The position numbers and the translations under genes are program-made. Below are positions 50,763-61,510 of a stretch of DNA of 64,000 bases, in pieces (the first letter of the stretch is position 1; each line of letters starts with the position of its first letter). The notes below the pieces were generated by a model. The model searched no databases. It was not told where the DNA came from and saw only the letters and a list, made by a program, of their open reading frames with translations. This stretch comes from Candidatus Cloacimonadales bacterium (lineage in GTDB: Bacteria; Cloacimonadota; Cloacimonadia; Cloacimonadales; JAIOQZ01). The stretch covers positions 2,112,001 through 2,176,000 of the forward strand of contig OY762463.1 in the NCBI GenBank assembly GCA_963665815.1, read 5' to 3'.

Positions 50763-51020
50763 ATGAAAGGATTTATTATGAGACCTATAGAAAGAAAAGT
50801 TATTAAATCACTTAAAAATGATACATTCACAATTTATGATGTAGAGGAAATCGTGGATTCTACTTCCAGAACCGAACTTAAAAAAAGCTACCCTGATGAC
50901 AGTCATTTCCAATCGGCAAAATACTTCGCAAAGAGCATCGTCAACGCCCTTCTGCGATATAAGCTTATTGAAAGAGATGGTAGTAAATTCAAGAAAATTC
51001 AGATGCAGAAGAGTGAGTAG
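50763..51020 (+). CDS. Hypothetical small protein (possibly winged-helix)
   Basis: 85-aa ORF with upstream TTGACA; basic helical sequence. Confidence 0.5.
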   Translation: MKGFIMRPIERKVIKSLKNDTFTIYDVEEIVDSTSRTELKKSYPDDSHFQSAKYFAKSIVNALLRYKLIERDGSKFKKIQMQKSE

Positions 51021-51055
51021 ATTCTCTCAATTAATGTGTCATGAATAATCATATT

Positions 51056-51079
51056 AGACGTTGCATGCAACGTCTCTAC
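51056..51079 (-). repeat. GTAG-type REP (GTAGAGACGTTGCATGCAACGTCT)
   Basis: Perfect 20-bp palindrome preceded by GTAG on the minus strand, between convergent genes. Confidence 0.7.
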
Positions 51080-51109
51080 ATCCTCTAAAGGCATTGGTTG
51101 TGATCCCCC

Positions 51110-51679
51110 CTACTCCTTTATCTTAATTGGCAGGAAGCTCAAGAACGAGGTTACTTCAGGATAGCTGAAGATTCCTCCATTGGTATCATTAGCAAACGGA
51201 TCAATCATATAACCTCTTGCCTGCGAAAAATCTGCTCCATGAAAACTGCATTGCTGGAATCGTGTATTATGGAACTCACTCTCATGGAAAACAGCATTGG
51301 ATAAATCACTTTCGAGAAAGTCACACTCCTTGATAATGCATTCTTCAAACTTACGTTTCACCAGATCATTACTATAGAATACGGAGTTAGTAATTACAGA
51401 CCTGTAAAAATCTATAGAGAAAACGAACTTATTAACAAAGCTGAAATTGCAACCCATGATCTTTGAATCATAGAATTCCAGATCAAACAGCCTTGCGTTG
51501 TTCAATTTCAGCAAAAGCCACTCAGATGAATAAAACTTGCAGGATTTAATTGAACTGTTCGCTAAGCTCATTTCTCTAAAATAACACCTTTCGAATATAC
51601 ATTCTTCAAATTCAATTCCATCCAGTCTGTATGATGAGAAATCTATATCAATGAATTTTGCATTCTCATAGTTTTCCAT
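51110..51679 (-). CDS. Pentapeptide repeat protein
   Basis: F..C.F / ..ADFS 5-residue periodicity; start uncertain (MENYEN chosen). Confidence 0.85.
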   Translation of the reverse strand: MENYENAKFIDIDFSSYRLDGIEFEECIFERCYFREMSLANSSIKSCKFYSSEWLLLKLNNARLFDLEFYDSKIMGCNFSFVNKFVFSIDFYRSVITNSVFYSNDLVKRKFEECIIKECDFLESDLSNAVFHESEFHNTRFQQCSFHGADFSQARGYMIDPFANDTNGGIFSYPEVTSFLSFLPIKIKE

Positions 51680-51918
51680 TAATACCAATCCGGTTTCAGG
51701 TGTGTATGTTTTAATAGTAGTCTCCTTATAAAAGCTTCTTTCCCCTTTTCTGTGCCATTTGCAGTATACGATGTCAATTAAAAAGCTTGTTCTCCACAAA
51801 ATACAGGTGATTTAGTTTCTCTAATCTGACAAATCTTTCTTGACATTATTTCCATTTATACCAGCAATATGACAAATCTGCATGATCCTACATTACGATT
51901 TACAGAAAAGGAGAGGAA

Positions 51919-52296
51919 ATGTTTGAACCTATCGAATATATTATAGGATGTCTCGCAATTATACTTACTATTAGACTGTTTGTCGAGTGGAAAAGTAATT
52001 CGAAACTGAAATCCTATTACAAAAGCCTGTCACTTAATGTTAACAGCAGCTTGACTAAGGAAAAGATCAAAGCTAAAATACAGGATTTATATCTGCATAA
52101 CAAAATCAAAAACATCAGATACAAAGAAGATTATATCTGTTTCTCAGACAGATTCGATTTCCTATCAGAAGGCAATACTTATTACATCAAATACTCGAAC
52201 CCAAAAGAGCTTTACTTCAGAGGTAAGATGTATTTCTTTGCCACCAGCTATAACAAGTTTGAGTCGATGAGATTTTTCCTTTCTGACGTGAAGTAA
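51919..52296 (+). CDS. Hypothetical membrane-anchored protein
   Basis: GGAGAGG RBS, N-terminal TM. Confidence 0.55.
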   Translation: MFEPIEYIIGCLAIILTIRLFVEWKSNSKLKSYYKSLSLNVNSSLTKEKIKAKIQDLYLHNKIKNIRYKEDYICFSDRFDFLSEGNTYYIKYSNPKELYFRGKMYFFATSYNKFESMRFFLSDVK

Positions 52297-52355
52297 ATAA
52301 TCATCTCGATATATATTAATGGCAGTTAAAATACCTGACAGCCTTTTCATTTGCT

Positions 52356-52901
52356 TTAAATCAAACTTTCCTGGTTTCTTGCCATTGCATCCAGACTGAG
52401 CTGTAAAAACTCATCCAGTTCCATATCAAATTCTGAGCATGAAGCAATCTGTTCCCTGTTAGCACCAGCTGCAAATCTGGCAGTCTTATATTTCTTCTTC
52501 AGGGATTTCAATTTAATATTAGCAATAGTTTTGTCAGGTCTCAGAATTGCTGCAGCAGTAATCAAACCGGTAATAGGATCGGCAGCATAAAGGCATTTAC
52601 TCAGCAGATCTTCTCTCGAAAAGTTCCCTCCATGAGCTTTAATCGCATATAACATGTCATCAGTAAGCTCATAGTCTTTGAGAATATCCATAGCAACCAG
52701 ACCATGCTTTTCCGGTAATTCATAGGTTTCATCATAATCAACATCATGCAGTAATCCGGTGATATACCATTTATCGACATCTTCCCCATACTTCTCAGCA
52801 AGATGTTCCATTACAAAGCCTACAGCAAGACTGTGTTTGATCATATTACCATTTTTCAGGTTATCTTTTATAAGTTCTAACGCTTGTTCTCTGTTTATCA
52901 T
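52356..52901 (-). CDS. HD-domain phosphohydrolase
   Basis: KHSLAV, GLLHDVD, H..AIKAH, AAD. Confidence 0.85.
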   Translation of the reverse strand: MINREQALELIKDNLKNGNMIKHSLAVGFVMEHLAEKYGEDVDKWYITGLLHDVDYDETYELPEKHGLVAMDILKDYELTDDMLYAIKAHGGNFSREDLLSKCLYAADPITGLITAAAILRPDKTIANIKLKSLKKKYKTARFAAGANREQIASCSEFDMELDEFLQLSLDAMARNQESLI

Positions 52902-53674
52902 AATTCATTCCTTATCTGCTTTACAGTTTCATGTGCACAAATACCAAAAGCAACTCCCACATTCAAAGAGTTCTTCCAGCCCAGTAAATCTATTTTAATC
53001 ACCTTATCGGCGTATTGCAGGATATCCTCATCTATTCCATTTGCTTCGTTGCCAAGAATGATAACAGCCGGTTCAATTATACCTGCTCCTGAAATCTCAA
53101 CGGCACCTTCACATGTTTCCAGAGCATAGATTGTTTTTCCTTTATCCTTACAAACCTGAAGATACTTATGAATATTTTCTGTATATGTCCAGCTTATATA
53201 TTCAGAGCTTCCCATAGCAGTTTTAAAAACTTTTGAGTTTTCAGGAGTTGCTGAATATCCGGAAAAAATGATGCGTGAAAATCCGAAGCATTCACTTGTT
53301 CTTATGATAGAACCAATATTGAATGTCGACCTCAGGCTATGAATTACAACTTCCACATCCAGCTTTTCTACAGCTCTTTCACCATCCGGTTGGTTGACTA
53401 CAAAGTCATGATCTCTTAAATTAAGACTCATTAGTCTTTCTATCAGACCTATGCAATCTCTTAAATCCTTGACAGAATTCAAGTCCAAAGGTTCAGTTTT
53501 TTCAATCAGGTCCTGGTCACCATAGAAAGTAATCAAAGATTTTAATAATTTTACTTGATTATTATCTATGCTGCCATTATTAATGATCTGATTTTCACTA
53601 AGAATTAATATCTTTCTTAGTATCTTCAGCTTCTGTTCTGATTTCAGGTTATTGAATTTTTCAGTAGTAATCAT
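52898..53674 (-). CDS. TrmH/SpoU-family RNA methyltransferase
   Basis: NIGSIIRT, GNEANG, SLNVGVA. Confidence 0.88.
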   Translation of the reverse strand: MITTEKFNNLKSEQKLKILRKILILSENQIINNGSIDNNQVKLLKSLITFYGDQDLIEKTEPLDLNSVKDLRDCIGLIERLMSLNLRDHDFVVNQPDGERAVEKLDVEVVIHSLRSTFNIGSIIRTSECFGFSRIIFSGYSATPENSKVFKTAMGSSEYISWTYTENIHKYLQVCKDKGKTIYALETCEGAVEISGAGIIEPAVIILGNEANGIDEDILQYADKVIKIDLLGWKNSLNVGVAFGICAHETVKQIRNEL

Positions 53675-53726
53675 GAATCAACAGAACGTGTATAAACTAA
53701 AACGTCAAGAACGAAATGAGGAATAT

Positions 53727-54134
53727 ATGAAACACGAATTCCACAAAAGAATTTACGGATATGAATGTGATATATACGGACATCTTAATAATGCTAACTA
53801 TTTACAACTTTTTGAAGCAGCACGCTCAGAATTTCTCCTTATCACAGATCTTTCTATAGAGAAGCTGAGCAGTTTGGGGATAAGTATTTTCATTAGTGAA
53901 TCACTTATCAAGTACAAAAAACCGGTAGAACTTAATGATGTAGTAAAAGTTGTCAGTACGGTTAAATCTTGCAGCAGAGTAAAATCTGTCTGGAAACAGG
54001 AAATATACAACGATAGCAATGAGCTCTGTACAGTTCTTGAAATTCAAGGTGTATTTGTAATGAATGGGAAACCTGCCAGAATCCCAAAAGAAGTTCACTC
54101 AGTATACTTGCAGTATGTTACATCAGATGATTGA
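53727..54134 (+). CDS. Acyl-CoA thioesterase (YbgC/4HBT family)
   Basis: ECDIYGHLNNANYL..E.AR; start after GAGG. Confidence 0.85.
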   Translation: MKHEFHKRIYGYECDIYGHLNNANYLQLFEAARSEFLLITDLSIEKLSSLGISIFISESLIKYKKPVELNDVVKVVSTVKSCSRVKSVWKQEIYNDSNELCTVLEIQGVFVMNGKPARIPKEVHSVYLQYVTSDD

Positions 54135-55461
54135 TAAACAGAGTAGCAAGTCCGAGAAATGACACAAAACCACCAATATCTGTTACCATAGTAATTACAA
54201 CACTGGATGCAAGAGCAGGATCGATTTTCAGAGCTTTCATAATCACAGGAATAAAAGATCCTGTTAGTCCGGCAATAAACATATTAGTTATCATAGCTGT
54301 ACCAAGTACAACTCCCCACCAGATGTTTCCTTTTATCAGATAAGCAGCAAGCATAGCTATTGAACCAACACCAATACCATTCAGCAGTCCCACGGACACT
54401 TCCTTGAAAATTGCCTTATAAGTATTCCTGAGGGTTAATTCTCCAAGAGCTATACCACGGGTAATAACTGTCAGAGTTTGTGTACCGGAGTTTCCTCCCA
54501 AACCAGCAACTATAGGCATAAGGACGGCAAGAAAAGACAACTTCTCTATTGTTCCCTGGAACAGTCCCACAAAACTGGAGACAATCATTGCTGTAAAAAG
54601 ATTAAGTATTAGCCAGGGTAGTCTTTTCTTAACAGAACTCAGAGGAGAAGTAAACACCTTATCATCAGAATCAAGTCCCACAAGTTTATAAACATCTTCC
54701 GAAGCCTCTTCATCTATTACATCTATAATATCATCAACTGTAATACGACCAAGTAAGACTCCTTGTGGATCTACTACGGGAATAGCATATAGATTGTACC
54801 TACGAAACATATCAGCTACTTTTTCCTGGTCCATATTGACGAGAGCATATTTCACGTTGGGATGTATTAAATCTCTGGCAATTGTATTTGGGCCAGCTAT
54901 TACAAGTCTAGTTACATCCAGAACTCCAAGCAGAACATTATTATCGCCAACTACATACAGATAGTGGTAATTCTCAACCTCATCCTTATTTTTCCTTATC
55001 TCCCTGATCAGTTCATCTCTTTTCATGTTCTGAGTCACGACGATCATCTCGGTCTGCATGAGTCCACCGGCACTATCTTCGTCGTAATTCATCAATTCTT
55101 TAATCTGCTCTGAATCTTCTTTATCAAGTTTTTTCAGCACCGATTCAGATTTATCATCTTCCAGATCAGCTATTACATCTACAGCCTCATCAATCTCCAT
55201 CTCATCAATAATCTTTACAAGGCGTTCTTCCCTCATCTGAAGAATTAGTTTTTCTCTTTTTTCTTCGGGGAGTTCAATAAGAACATCAGCGGCTTTCGCA
55301 ATTGAGAGTAATGGAAAAACTTTTAAGATGTCATTAATGTTCAGGTCAAAAAGAATTGCTGCAATATCTGCCGGGTGCATGGTTCTGACAGCTTCTTCGA
55401 GCAATTTGAAATCGTTATCTAAAATTGCCTGATAGAATGAATCGAAAGTATATAAGCTCAT
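54118..55461 (-). CDS. mgtE: Magnesium transporter
   Basis: HPADIA, CBS pair, RLPWL, GGNSGTQ, DPALAS, TD. Confidence 0.94.
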   Translation of the reverse strand: MSLYTFDSFYQAILDNDFKLLEEAVRTMHPADIAAILFDLNINDILKVFPLLSIAKAADVLIELPEEKREKLILQMREERLVKIIDEMEIDEAVDVIADLEDDKSESVLKKLDKEDSEQIKELMNYDEDSAGGLMQTEMIVVTQNMKRDELIREIRKNKDEVENYHYLYVVGDNNVLLGVLDVTRLVIAGPNTIARDLIHPNVKYALVNMDQEKVADMFRRYNLYAIPVVDPQGVLLGRITVDDIIDVIDEEASEDVYKLVGLDSDDKVFTSPLSSVKKRLPWLILNLFTAMIVSSFVGLFQGTIEKLSFLAVLMPIVAGLGGNSGTQTLTVITRGIALGELTLRNTYKAIFKEVSVGLLNGIGVGSIAMLAAYLIKGNIWWGVVLGTAMITNMFIAGLTGSFIPVIMKALKIDPALASSVVITMVTDIGGFVSFLGLATLFINHLM

Positions 55462-55489
55462 ATATACCCTCCCTGAAATAAGGATTGTA

Positions 55490-55519
55490 AAGAAAAAAAG
55501 GCTGCATTTAAGCAGCCTT
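55490..55519 (-). terminator. Terminator after rplQ
   Basis: AAGGCTGC..GCAGCCTT hairpin with a U-tract on the minus strand. Confidence 0.75.
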
Positions 55520-55524
55520 ACAAT

Positions 55525-55908
55525 TTATTCAGCTTCCACTGTTTCTTTTAATTCGTAATCTACAAATTCAAGAATTGCCATTGGAGCACAATCTCCACGT
55601 CTGAATCCGACTTTCATAACTCTGGTGTATCCACCGTTTCTATCGGAAAATCTTGGGGCAATATCATCGAACAGTTTCTTTACTAAAGTACGATCAAGAA
55701 GAACCTTGTATGCAAGTCTTCTGCCATGAACATCATTTTTCTTACCATAGGTAACCATGCGTTCAACAAGTCCTCTTGCTTCTTTTGCTTTTGCATGAGT
55801 AGTTCTGATTCTTTCATGCAAAATCATAGATTTTACTAAGTTCCTCATGAGAGCCTTTCTGTGTCCGGCTTCTCTTCCGAATTTGCGTCCTTGTACTTTA
55901 TGTCTCAT
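55525..55908 (-). CDS. rplQ: 50S ribosomal protein L17
   Basis: MRH..RKFGR, GGYTRV. Confidence 0.97.
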   Translation of the reverse strand: MRHKVQGRKFGREAGHRKALMRNLVKSMILHERIRTTHAKAKEARGLVERMVTYGKKNDVHGRRLAYKVLLDRTLVKKLFDDIAPRFSDRNGGYTRVMKVGFRRGDCAPMAILEFVDYELKETVEAE

Positions 55909-55912
55909 AGGA

Positions 55913-56932
55913 TTAACCCTTTATCCTTTTTGTTACTCTTTGTTTTGCTTCATCAATCTGAGCTTCAATTTTATCTATATCCATACCAAAATGAAGTTCA
56001 TAGTTTTGCAGAAGTGCGGTAATTTCATCGAGTGATTTTTTACCGAAGTTTCTGTATTTGAGCATTTCATTTTCAGTTTTGGATACAAGCTCTCTGATTG
56101 TTTCAATCTTAGCTGCAGCAAGACAATTGCTTGATCTTACTGTCAGTTCAAGTTCCTTAACATTCATATTAATCAGTTTATCAAGACGTTCGAGTTCAGG
56201 ATCCATTTCCACTTCTTCGATGTATTCAGGTTCATTTTCAAATCTGACTATAGTAGCATAAAGGTCTTTTAAGATCTTTGCTGAAAGATAAAGAGCATCT
56301 TTGGGCTCAATACTTCCGTCAGTTTCAACTTCCATAGTAAGTTTATCGAAATCGATCTTTTCACCAACTCGTTGATATCCTGTTGTAAAATTAACTTTCG
56401 TGATCGGAGAATAAATTGAGTCTATTGGTATAACACCTACAGGTCTCTCTTCGGTTTCTTGCTCGTCTGCTGAAACATATCCTCTGCCAATACCGATCCA
56501 TACTTCTAGGTGGAAATCTACATCTTCAGTCATTTCCAGAAGTTCAAGATCAGGATTACAGATTTCAACACCCGGAGGAGTTTGAAATTCAGCAGCAGTA
56601 ACAATTCCTGTTCCTTTGTGAGAGAGTATCAATTTTTCCTCATTAATTGAACTCATTTTTATTATAAGTCTTTTCAGTTTAAGAATGAGGTCAATATAAT
56701 CAGAAGTAGCTCCAGGGATTGGTACAAACTCATGGTGCAGTCCTTCAATTTTCACGAAACGCACAGCTGCGCCCTGAATTGAGGAAAGAAGCACTCGTCT
56801 GAGCGTATTACCTATTGTGGTAGCAAATCCTGGTTCAAGCGGACCTATTTCAAACTTGCCGTATGTGTCTGAATAAGTTTTCTCGTCAATTTCAACACTT
56901 TCTGGCATTTGTAACGGTTCAAGAAGCAACAT
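55913..56932 (-). CDS. rpoA: RNA polymerase alpha subunit
   Basis: TIGNTLRRVLLSSI, LTVRSSNCL, NFGKKSL. Confidence 0.97.
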   Translation of the reverse strand: MLLLEPLQMPESVEIDEKTYSDTYGKFEIGPLEPGFATTIGNTLRRVLLSSIQGAAVRFVKIEGLHHEFVPIPGATSDYIDLILKLKRLIIKMSSINEEKLILSHKGTGIVTAAEFQTPPGVEICNPDLELLEMTEDVDFHLEVWIGIGRGYVSADEQETEERPVGVIPIDSIYSPITKVNFTTGYQRVGEKIDFDKLTMEVETDGSIEPKDALYLSAKILKDLYATIVRFENEPEYIEEVEMDPELERLDKLINMNVKELELTVRSSNCLAAAKIETIRELVSKTENEMLKYRNFGKKSLDEITALLQNYELHFGMDIDKIEAQIDEAKQRVTKRIKG

Positions 56933-56970
56933 ATATTCTCCTGGTTTTTAATTACTTAGTTGCGTGTTAA

Positions 56971-57588
56971 TTATTTTGAATAATACTCTACAATTAAACG
57001 TTCATCAAGAATTACCGGAATTTGTTCTCTTGCCGGAATTGCTAAAACTTCACCTTTCATTGAATCTGTGTCAAATGTAACCCATTCACAGTTTGCAGCA
57101 CCACGGGTAACATCAAGGTTATCAAGGATGAATTTTTTAGTTTTACTCTTGCTGCTTACTTCTATCACATCATTAGCTTTACAAATATAAGAAGGAATAT
57201 TCACTCTTCTTCCGTTAACTACTATATGGTTGTGTTTTACTAGTTGGCGTGCTTGCATTCTGGTCACGCCGATACCCATACGGTAGACAATATTATCTAA
57301 TCTGAGTTCTAACAAACGAAGGAGGTTTTCACCTGTAATACCTTTCATTTTGTCTGCTTTTTTGAAATAATTACGGAATTGTTTTTCTAATACTCCGTAA
57401 GTGAATCTCAACTTCTGCTTTTCCTTAAGGTGGATACCATAGTCACTTATCTTTCTTCTGAAAGAATTTCCATGATCTCCAGCAGGATATTTTCTTTTTT
57501 CTAAAATTTTATCGTATTTAGGTGTACCGAAGATATTTTCTCCAAATCTTCTGCACAGTTTTGCTTTTGGTCCAGTATATCGTGCCAT
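56971..57588 (-). CDS. rpsD: 30S ribosomal protein S4
   Basis: MARYTGP, EKQK, LELRLDN, IVEYYS. Confidence 0.97.
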   Translation of the reverse strand: MARYTGPKAKLCRRFGENIFGTPKYDKILEKRKYPAGDHGNSFRRKISDYGIHLKEKQKLRFTYGVLEKQFRNYFKKADKMKGITGENLLRLLELRLDNIVYRMGIGVTRMQARQLVKHNHIVVNGRRVNIPSYICKANDVIEVSSKSKTKKFILDNLDVTRGAANCEWVTFDTDSMKGEVLAIPAREQIPVILDERLIVEYYSK

Positions 57589-57602
57589 TAATTTCCTCCG
57601 CG

Positions 57603-58001
57603 TTAGATTCTTCTTGGTTTAGGTGGTCTGCATCCGTTATGAGGAATTGGAGTTTCATCTTTAATCATAACAACTCTCAGCCCAGCAGCATTCATGGATC
57701 TGATTGCAGCTTCTCTACCGCCACCAGGTCCTTTCACAATTACTTTTACTCTTCTTATACCCATTTCAATTGCTGATTCAGCAACTTCTTGTCCAGCCAT
57801 CTGAGCTGCAAATGGAGTACTTTTTTTAGAGCCTTTATAACCAATTTTTCCACCACTTGACCAAAGTAATGTATTTCCGGATTTATCTGATAATGTCACA
57901 ATTGTGTTATTAAAACTAGAGTGAACATGCACCACAGCTTCATCAAAAGCAACACGGGATCTTTTCTTTTTAGTCTTTTTTAAATCCTTTTTCTTTGCCA
58001 T
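57603..58001 (-). CDS. rpsK: 30S ribosomal protein S11
   Basis: [19 protein letters not shown]. Confidence 0.97.
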   Translation of the reverse strand: MAKKKDLKKTKKKRSRVAFDEAVVHVHSSFNNTIVTLSDKSGNTLLWSSGGKIGYKGSKKSTPFAAQMAGQEVAESAIEMGIRRVKVIVKGPGGGREAAIRSMNAAGLRVVMIKDETPIPHNGCRPPKPRRI

Positions 58002-58010
58002 ATCATTCCC

Positions 58011-58385
58011 CTATTTCTTCTTCCTGTTACTGATTCCACCAGGTTTAGGACCTTTACGTGTTCTGGCATTAGTTTTTGTTTTCTGTCCACGACAAGGGAG
58101 TCCCCTTTTGTGACGCATTCCACGGTAACTACCAATTTCCATAAGACGTTTTATATCCATAGTTCTTTGTGTTCTTAAATCACCTTCTACAGTGTAATCA
58201 TTTTGAATAATTTCACGAAGGGCTTTTTCTTGCTCTACTGACAGGTCTTTTACTCTGATGCTTTCATCAATACCTGTTTTTGCACAGATCTTCTGAGCTG
58301 TTGTCGGGCCAATACCGAAAATGTAGGTTAAGCCTATTACAACTCTTTTGTTCCTTGGTAATTCAACTCCTGCTATATGTGCCAA
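58011..58385 (-). CDS. rpsM: 30S ribosomal protein S13
   Basis: IFGIG, YRGMRH..GLP.RGQ.T.TNAR. Confidence 0.97.
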   Translation of the reverse strand: MAHIAGVELPRNKRVVIGLTYIFGIGPTTAQKICAKTGIDESIRVKDLSVEQEKALREIIQNDYTVEGDLRTQRTMDIKRLMEIGSYRGMRHKRGLPCRGQKTKTNARTRKGPKPGGISNRKKK

Positions 58386-58400
58386 GTTTCCTCCTTATTA

Positions 58401-58517
58401 TTATCCCTGACGTTGTTTGTGCTTAGGATTACTTGAACATATCACTCTTATAACGCCATTTCTTTTTATGATTCTGCAGTCTCTGCAGATCTTCTTTACC
58501 GATGCTCTGACTTTCAT
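58401..58517 (-). CDS. rpmJ: 50S ribosomal protein L36
   Basis: Translated by hand: [38 protein letters not shown]. Confidence 0.95.
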   Translation of the reverse strand: MKVRASVKKICRDCRIIKRNGVIRVICSSNPKHKQRQG

Positions 58518-58526
58518 TACAATCTC

Positions 58527-58745
58527 CTATTTATAGCGGTAAATTATCCGTCCCCTGTTCAAGTCGTATGGGGATAGTTCTAACTTTACTTTATCTCCGG
58601 GTAAAATGCGTATAAAGTTCATACGCATTTTTCCGGATGTATGAGCTAATAGTTCATGACCATTTTCTAATTCAACTTTAAAGGTAGTATTAGGCAACGC
58701 TTCTTTTACGACGCCTTCTACTTCTATAACTCCTGCTTTTGCCAT
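58527..58745 (-). CDS. infA: Translation initiation factor IF-1
   Basis: EALPN..SGKMR..ILPGD..SPYDL. Confidence 0.97.
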   Translation of the reverse strand: MAKAGVIEVEGVVKEALPNTTFKVELENGHELLAHTSGKMRMNFIRILPGDKVKLELSPYDLNRGRIIYRYK

Positions 58746-58751
58746 ACTTTA

Positions 58752-59513
58752 TTACCTTATCTTTGTTAATATTTCAGGTTTATTGTCTGTGATGAGAATA
58801 GTATGTTCAAAATGAGCTGACAGGGTTCCGTCTGCTACCATATATTCCCAGCCTTTTTCCAAAACTCTGTTTGTTCCAATATTAACCATGGGCTCTATTG
58901 CTAAAGTCATTCCCTCAGCAAGACGAACACCACGACCTTTTTTTCCGAAATTCGGGATCATTGGTTCTTCATGTAATTGTCTTCCAATTCCATGTCCTGT
59001 AAGATTATCTGCTACGTAATATCCGTTTCTGCTGACATGAGAACCAATTGCAAAAGAAATATCGCCAAGACGATTTCCCGCCAATGCGTTTTCTATCCCT
59101 TTCAGTAACGCCTGATATGTTACATCAAGCAGTTTCCGGGTTTTATCAGATATTTCACCAACTGCATAAGTCCATGCACCATCACCATGGTATCCGTTCT
59201 TGTAAGTTCCAACATCAATTCCAATTATATCACCTTCTTTAAGAACAGCTTTCTTACTTGGAATACCATGAACAATATATGAATTCACTGATGTGCACAA
59301 TGCAGCTGGGAAGGGTTGCAGTCCTGGAATACTGTATCCTTTGAATGCAGGAGTTGCACCTTCATCACGAATGATCTCTTCTGCTTTTTTGTTAAGTTGA
59401 TATGTGGATACACCCGGTTGAACAATCTCTTTCAACTCGTTTAAAACAACTGCAATTATGCGGTTGCTTTCCCGCATCTTTTCAATTTCTTCAGCGTTTT
59501 TTATGTAAATCAT
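58752..59513 (-). CDS. map: Methionine aminopeptidase type I
   Basis: HGIP, D..GD, GHGIG..HEEP, AIEPM, HFEHT. Confidence 0.96.
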   Translation of the reverse strand: MIYIKNAEEIEKMRESNRIIAVVLNELKEIVQPGVSTYQLNKKAEEIIRDEGATPAFKGYSIPGLQPFPAALCTSVNSYIVHGIPSKKAVLKEGDIIGIDVGTYKNGYHGDGAWTYAVGEISDKTRKLLDVTYQALLKGIENALAGNRLGDISFAIGSHVSRNGYYVADNLTGHGIGRQLHEEPMIPNFGKKGRGVRLAEGMTLAIEPMVNIGTNRVLEKGWEYMVADGTLSAHFEHTILITDNKPEILTKIR

Positions 59514-59537
59514 ATCAACATTTCCTAAATTTTTAGA

Positions 59538-60851
59538 TTACCTGTTTCTACCACGAAGTTTACCTTTTTTCATGAAACCTTCATAGTGTCTTGTTACAAG
59601 GTGAGATTCAATTTGTTGAAGTGTATCGAGGGCAACACCAACAACGATGATCAGACCTGTACCACCAAAGTAGAAAGGTAACTGAGTCCACTTTTGCATA
59701 AATTCCGGTAATACCGCAACGAAAGCAAAGAATATTGCTCCCGGCAAAGTGATTCTTGTAAGTACATTATTAATATATTCGGCTGTTTTCTTTCCTGGTT
59801 TACGTCCCGGAATAAAACCACCGTGTCTTTTCATATTGTCTGCCATTTCTATAGGATTTAATACAATTGCTGTATAGAAATAAGCAAAGAATACAATTAA
59901 GGAGACATATACCACAGTGTATAAGAATGCACCCGGTGAAAGATAACTTACAATCGCAGCCATAGTATCGCTGTCTTTGAAGAAAGAAGCTATAGTTCTT
60001 GGGAACATAATTATTGATTGTGCAAAGATAATAGGGATCACACCGGCTGTATTCACTTTAAGTGGAATATGTGTGGACTGACCGCCATATACTTTACGTC
60101 CGATAACTCTTTTTTGATACTGTACCGGAATTTTACGCTGTGCTTCTGTCACTAAGAGAACTGCAGCAGTAACTGCTATCATTATAGCAACATTCAGTAA
60201 TGCCATGAAAATACTTAAAGATCCGGATTTAACCATGGAGAACATGATTCCGAATCCTTCCGGATATCTGGCAATAATACCTGCGAAAATAATTAATGAA
60301 ATACCATTACCAATTCCGTTTTCAGTAATTTGCTCTCCCAGCCACATGATTACCATTGTACCTGTAACAAGTGTTGTTACAGCTGTGATAATAAACATGA
60401 CTTTGTTCATCATTACTGCCGGAACACCCTGGCTGTTTTCAATAGAAAGAAGCCAGAGACTGATAGCAAATGAGTTAAATGCTGCAATAATAAGTGTGCC
60501 GTACCGTGTGAACTGATTCATCTTCTTCTGGCCTTCAGCACCTTCTTTTTTGAGCTTTTCAAAATAAGGTATTATACTTCCTAATAATTGTATTACGATA
60601 GATGCAGTAATATACGGCATGATACCGAGTGCAAAAATGGAAGCACGTTTGAAGTTACCTCCAACGAACAAATCAAATAATCCGAACAATGTGTTAGACT
60701 TTGAGCTGAATGCTGATTGAAGAACACTTGCCGAAATTCCAGGTGTAGGAATATAACTTCCTAATCTGTAGACTATAAGAATCAGTGCTGTAAATAGAAT
60801 CTTTCTTTTAAGATCCGGTACTTTGAAGACATTACTTAAACTTTGCAACAA
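59538..60851 (-). CDS. secY: Preprotein translocase SecY
   Basis: SIFALGIMPYI, GIGNGISL, IPGRKPG, GGTGLIIVV. Confidence 0.97.
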   Translation of the reverse strand: MLQSLSNVFKVPDLKRKILFTALILIVYRLGSYIPTPGISASVLQSAFSSKSNTLFGLFDLFVGGNFKRASIFALGIMPYITASIVIQLLGSIIPYFEKLKKEGAEGQKKMNQFTRYGTLIIAAFNSFAISLWLLSIENSQGVPAVMMNKVMFIITAVTTLVTGTMVIMWLGEQITENGIGNGISLIIFAGIIARYPEGFGIMFSMVKSGSLSIFMALLNVAIMIAVTAAVLLVTEAQRKIPVQYQKRVIGRKVYGGQSTHIPLKVNTAGVIPIIFAQSIIMFPRTIASFFKDSDTMAAIVSYLSPGAFLYTVVYVSLIVFFAYFYTAIVLNPIEMADNMKRHGGFIPGRKPGKKTAEYINNVLTRITLPGAIFFAFVAVLPEFMQKWTQLPFYFGGTGLIIVVGVALDTLQQIESHLVTRHYEGFMKKGKLRGRNR

Positions 60852-60852
60852 T

Positions 60853-61305
60853 TTAAACTACCTCCGCCTTTCCTCCGTTCTTTTCAATAACTTCTTTTGC
60901 GGTTTTTGAAAACGCATTTGCCTTGATTGTTACTTTCTTGTCGAATTTTTCTTTTCCGGTTGCAAGAATCTTTACAGGTGATTTTTTTGTTTTACCAATA
61001 TGTTTGATAACACCATGTTTTTCGAGACAGGCAATATCAATTTCTGTTTCATTGATCTCCTGAATTCTCTCAAGATTAACTACGCGGAAATGAACTTTAA
61101 AAATATTTTTGAATCCACGTTTAGGTAAACGACGCTGGATAGGCATCTGACCACCTTCAAACCATGCAGGAATATTTCCGCCGGAACGTGATTTTTGTCC
61201 TTTATGACCTTTACCGGCTGTTTTACCGGTTCCGGTTCCTTCACCTTTACCAAGACGCTTTTTTCTATATTTGATTTCAGGTCTTTTAAGTTCATGAAGA
61301 TACAT
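60853..61305 (-). CDS. rplO: 50S ribosomal protein L15
   Basis: GHKGQKSRSG, FEGGQMP..RLPKRGF. Confidence 0.96.
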   Translation of the reverse strand: MYLHELKRPEIKYRKKRLGKGEGTGTGKTAGKGHKGQKSRSGGNIPAWFEGGQMPIQRRLPKRGFKNIFKVHFRVVNLERIQEINETEIDIACLEKHGVIKHIGKTKKSPVKILATGKEKFDKKVTIKANAFSKTAKEVIEKNGGKAEVV

Positions 61306-61321
61306 TTCTACTCCTTATTAA

Positions 61322-61510
61322 CTACTCACCGTCTTGAATTTCTTCAACTTTTACAAGATGAGATACCTTGTTAATCATCCCTCTGATAACAGGATTATCA
61401 TCATGAATGCGAGTTCTGTTAATTTTTCCTAAGCCTAAAGCTTTTATTGTTCTTTTCTGATCTTCTTTTCTCTTTATTGTACTGCCAGTTTGTGTAACCT
61501 TAAGCTTCAT
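61322..61510 (-). CDS. rpmD: 50S ribosomal protein L30
   Basis: [13 protein letters not shown]. Confidence 0.95.
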   Translation of the reverse strand: MKLKVTQTGSTIKRKEDQKRTIKALGLGKINRTRIHDDNPVIRGMINKVSHLVKVEEIQDGE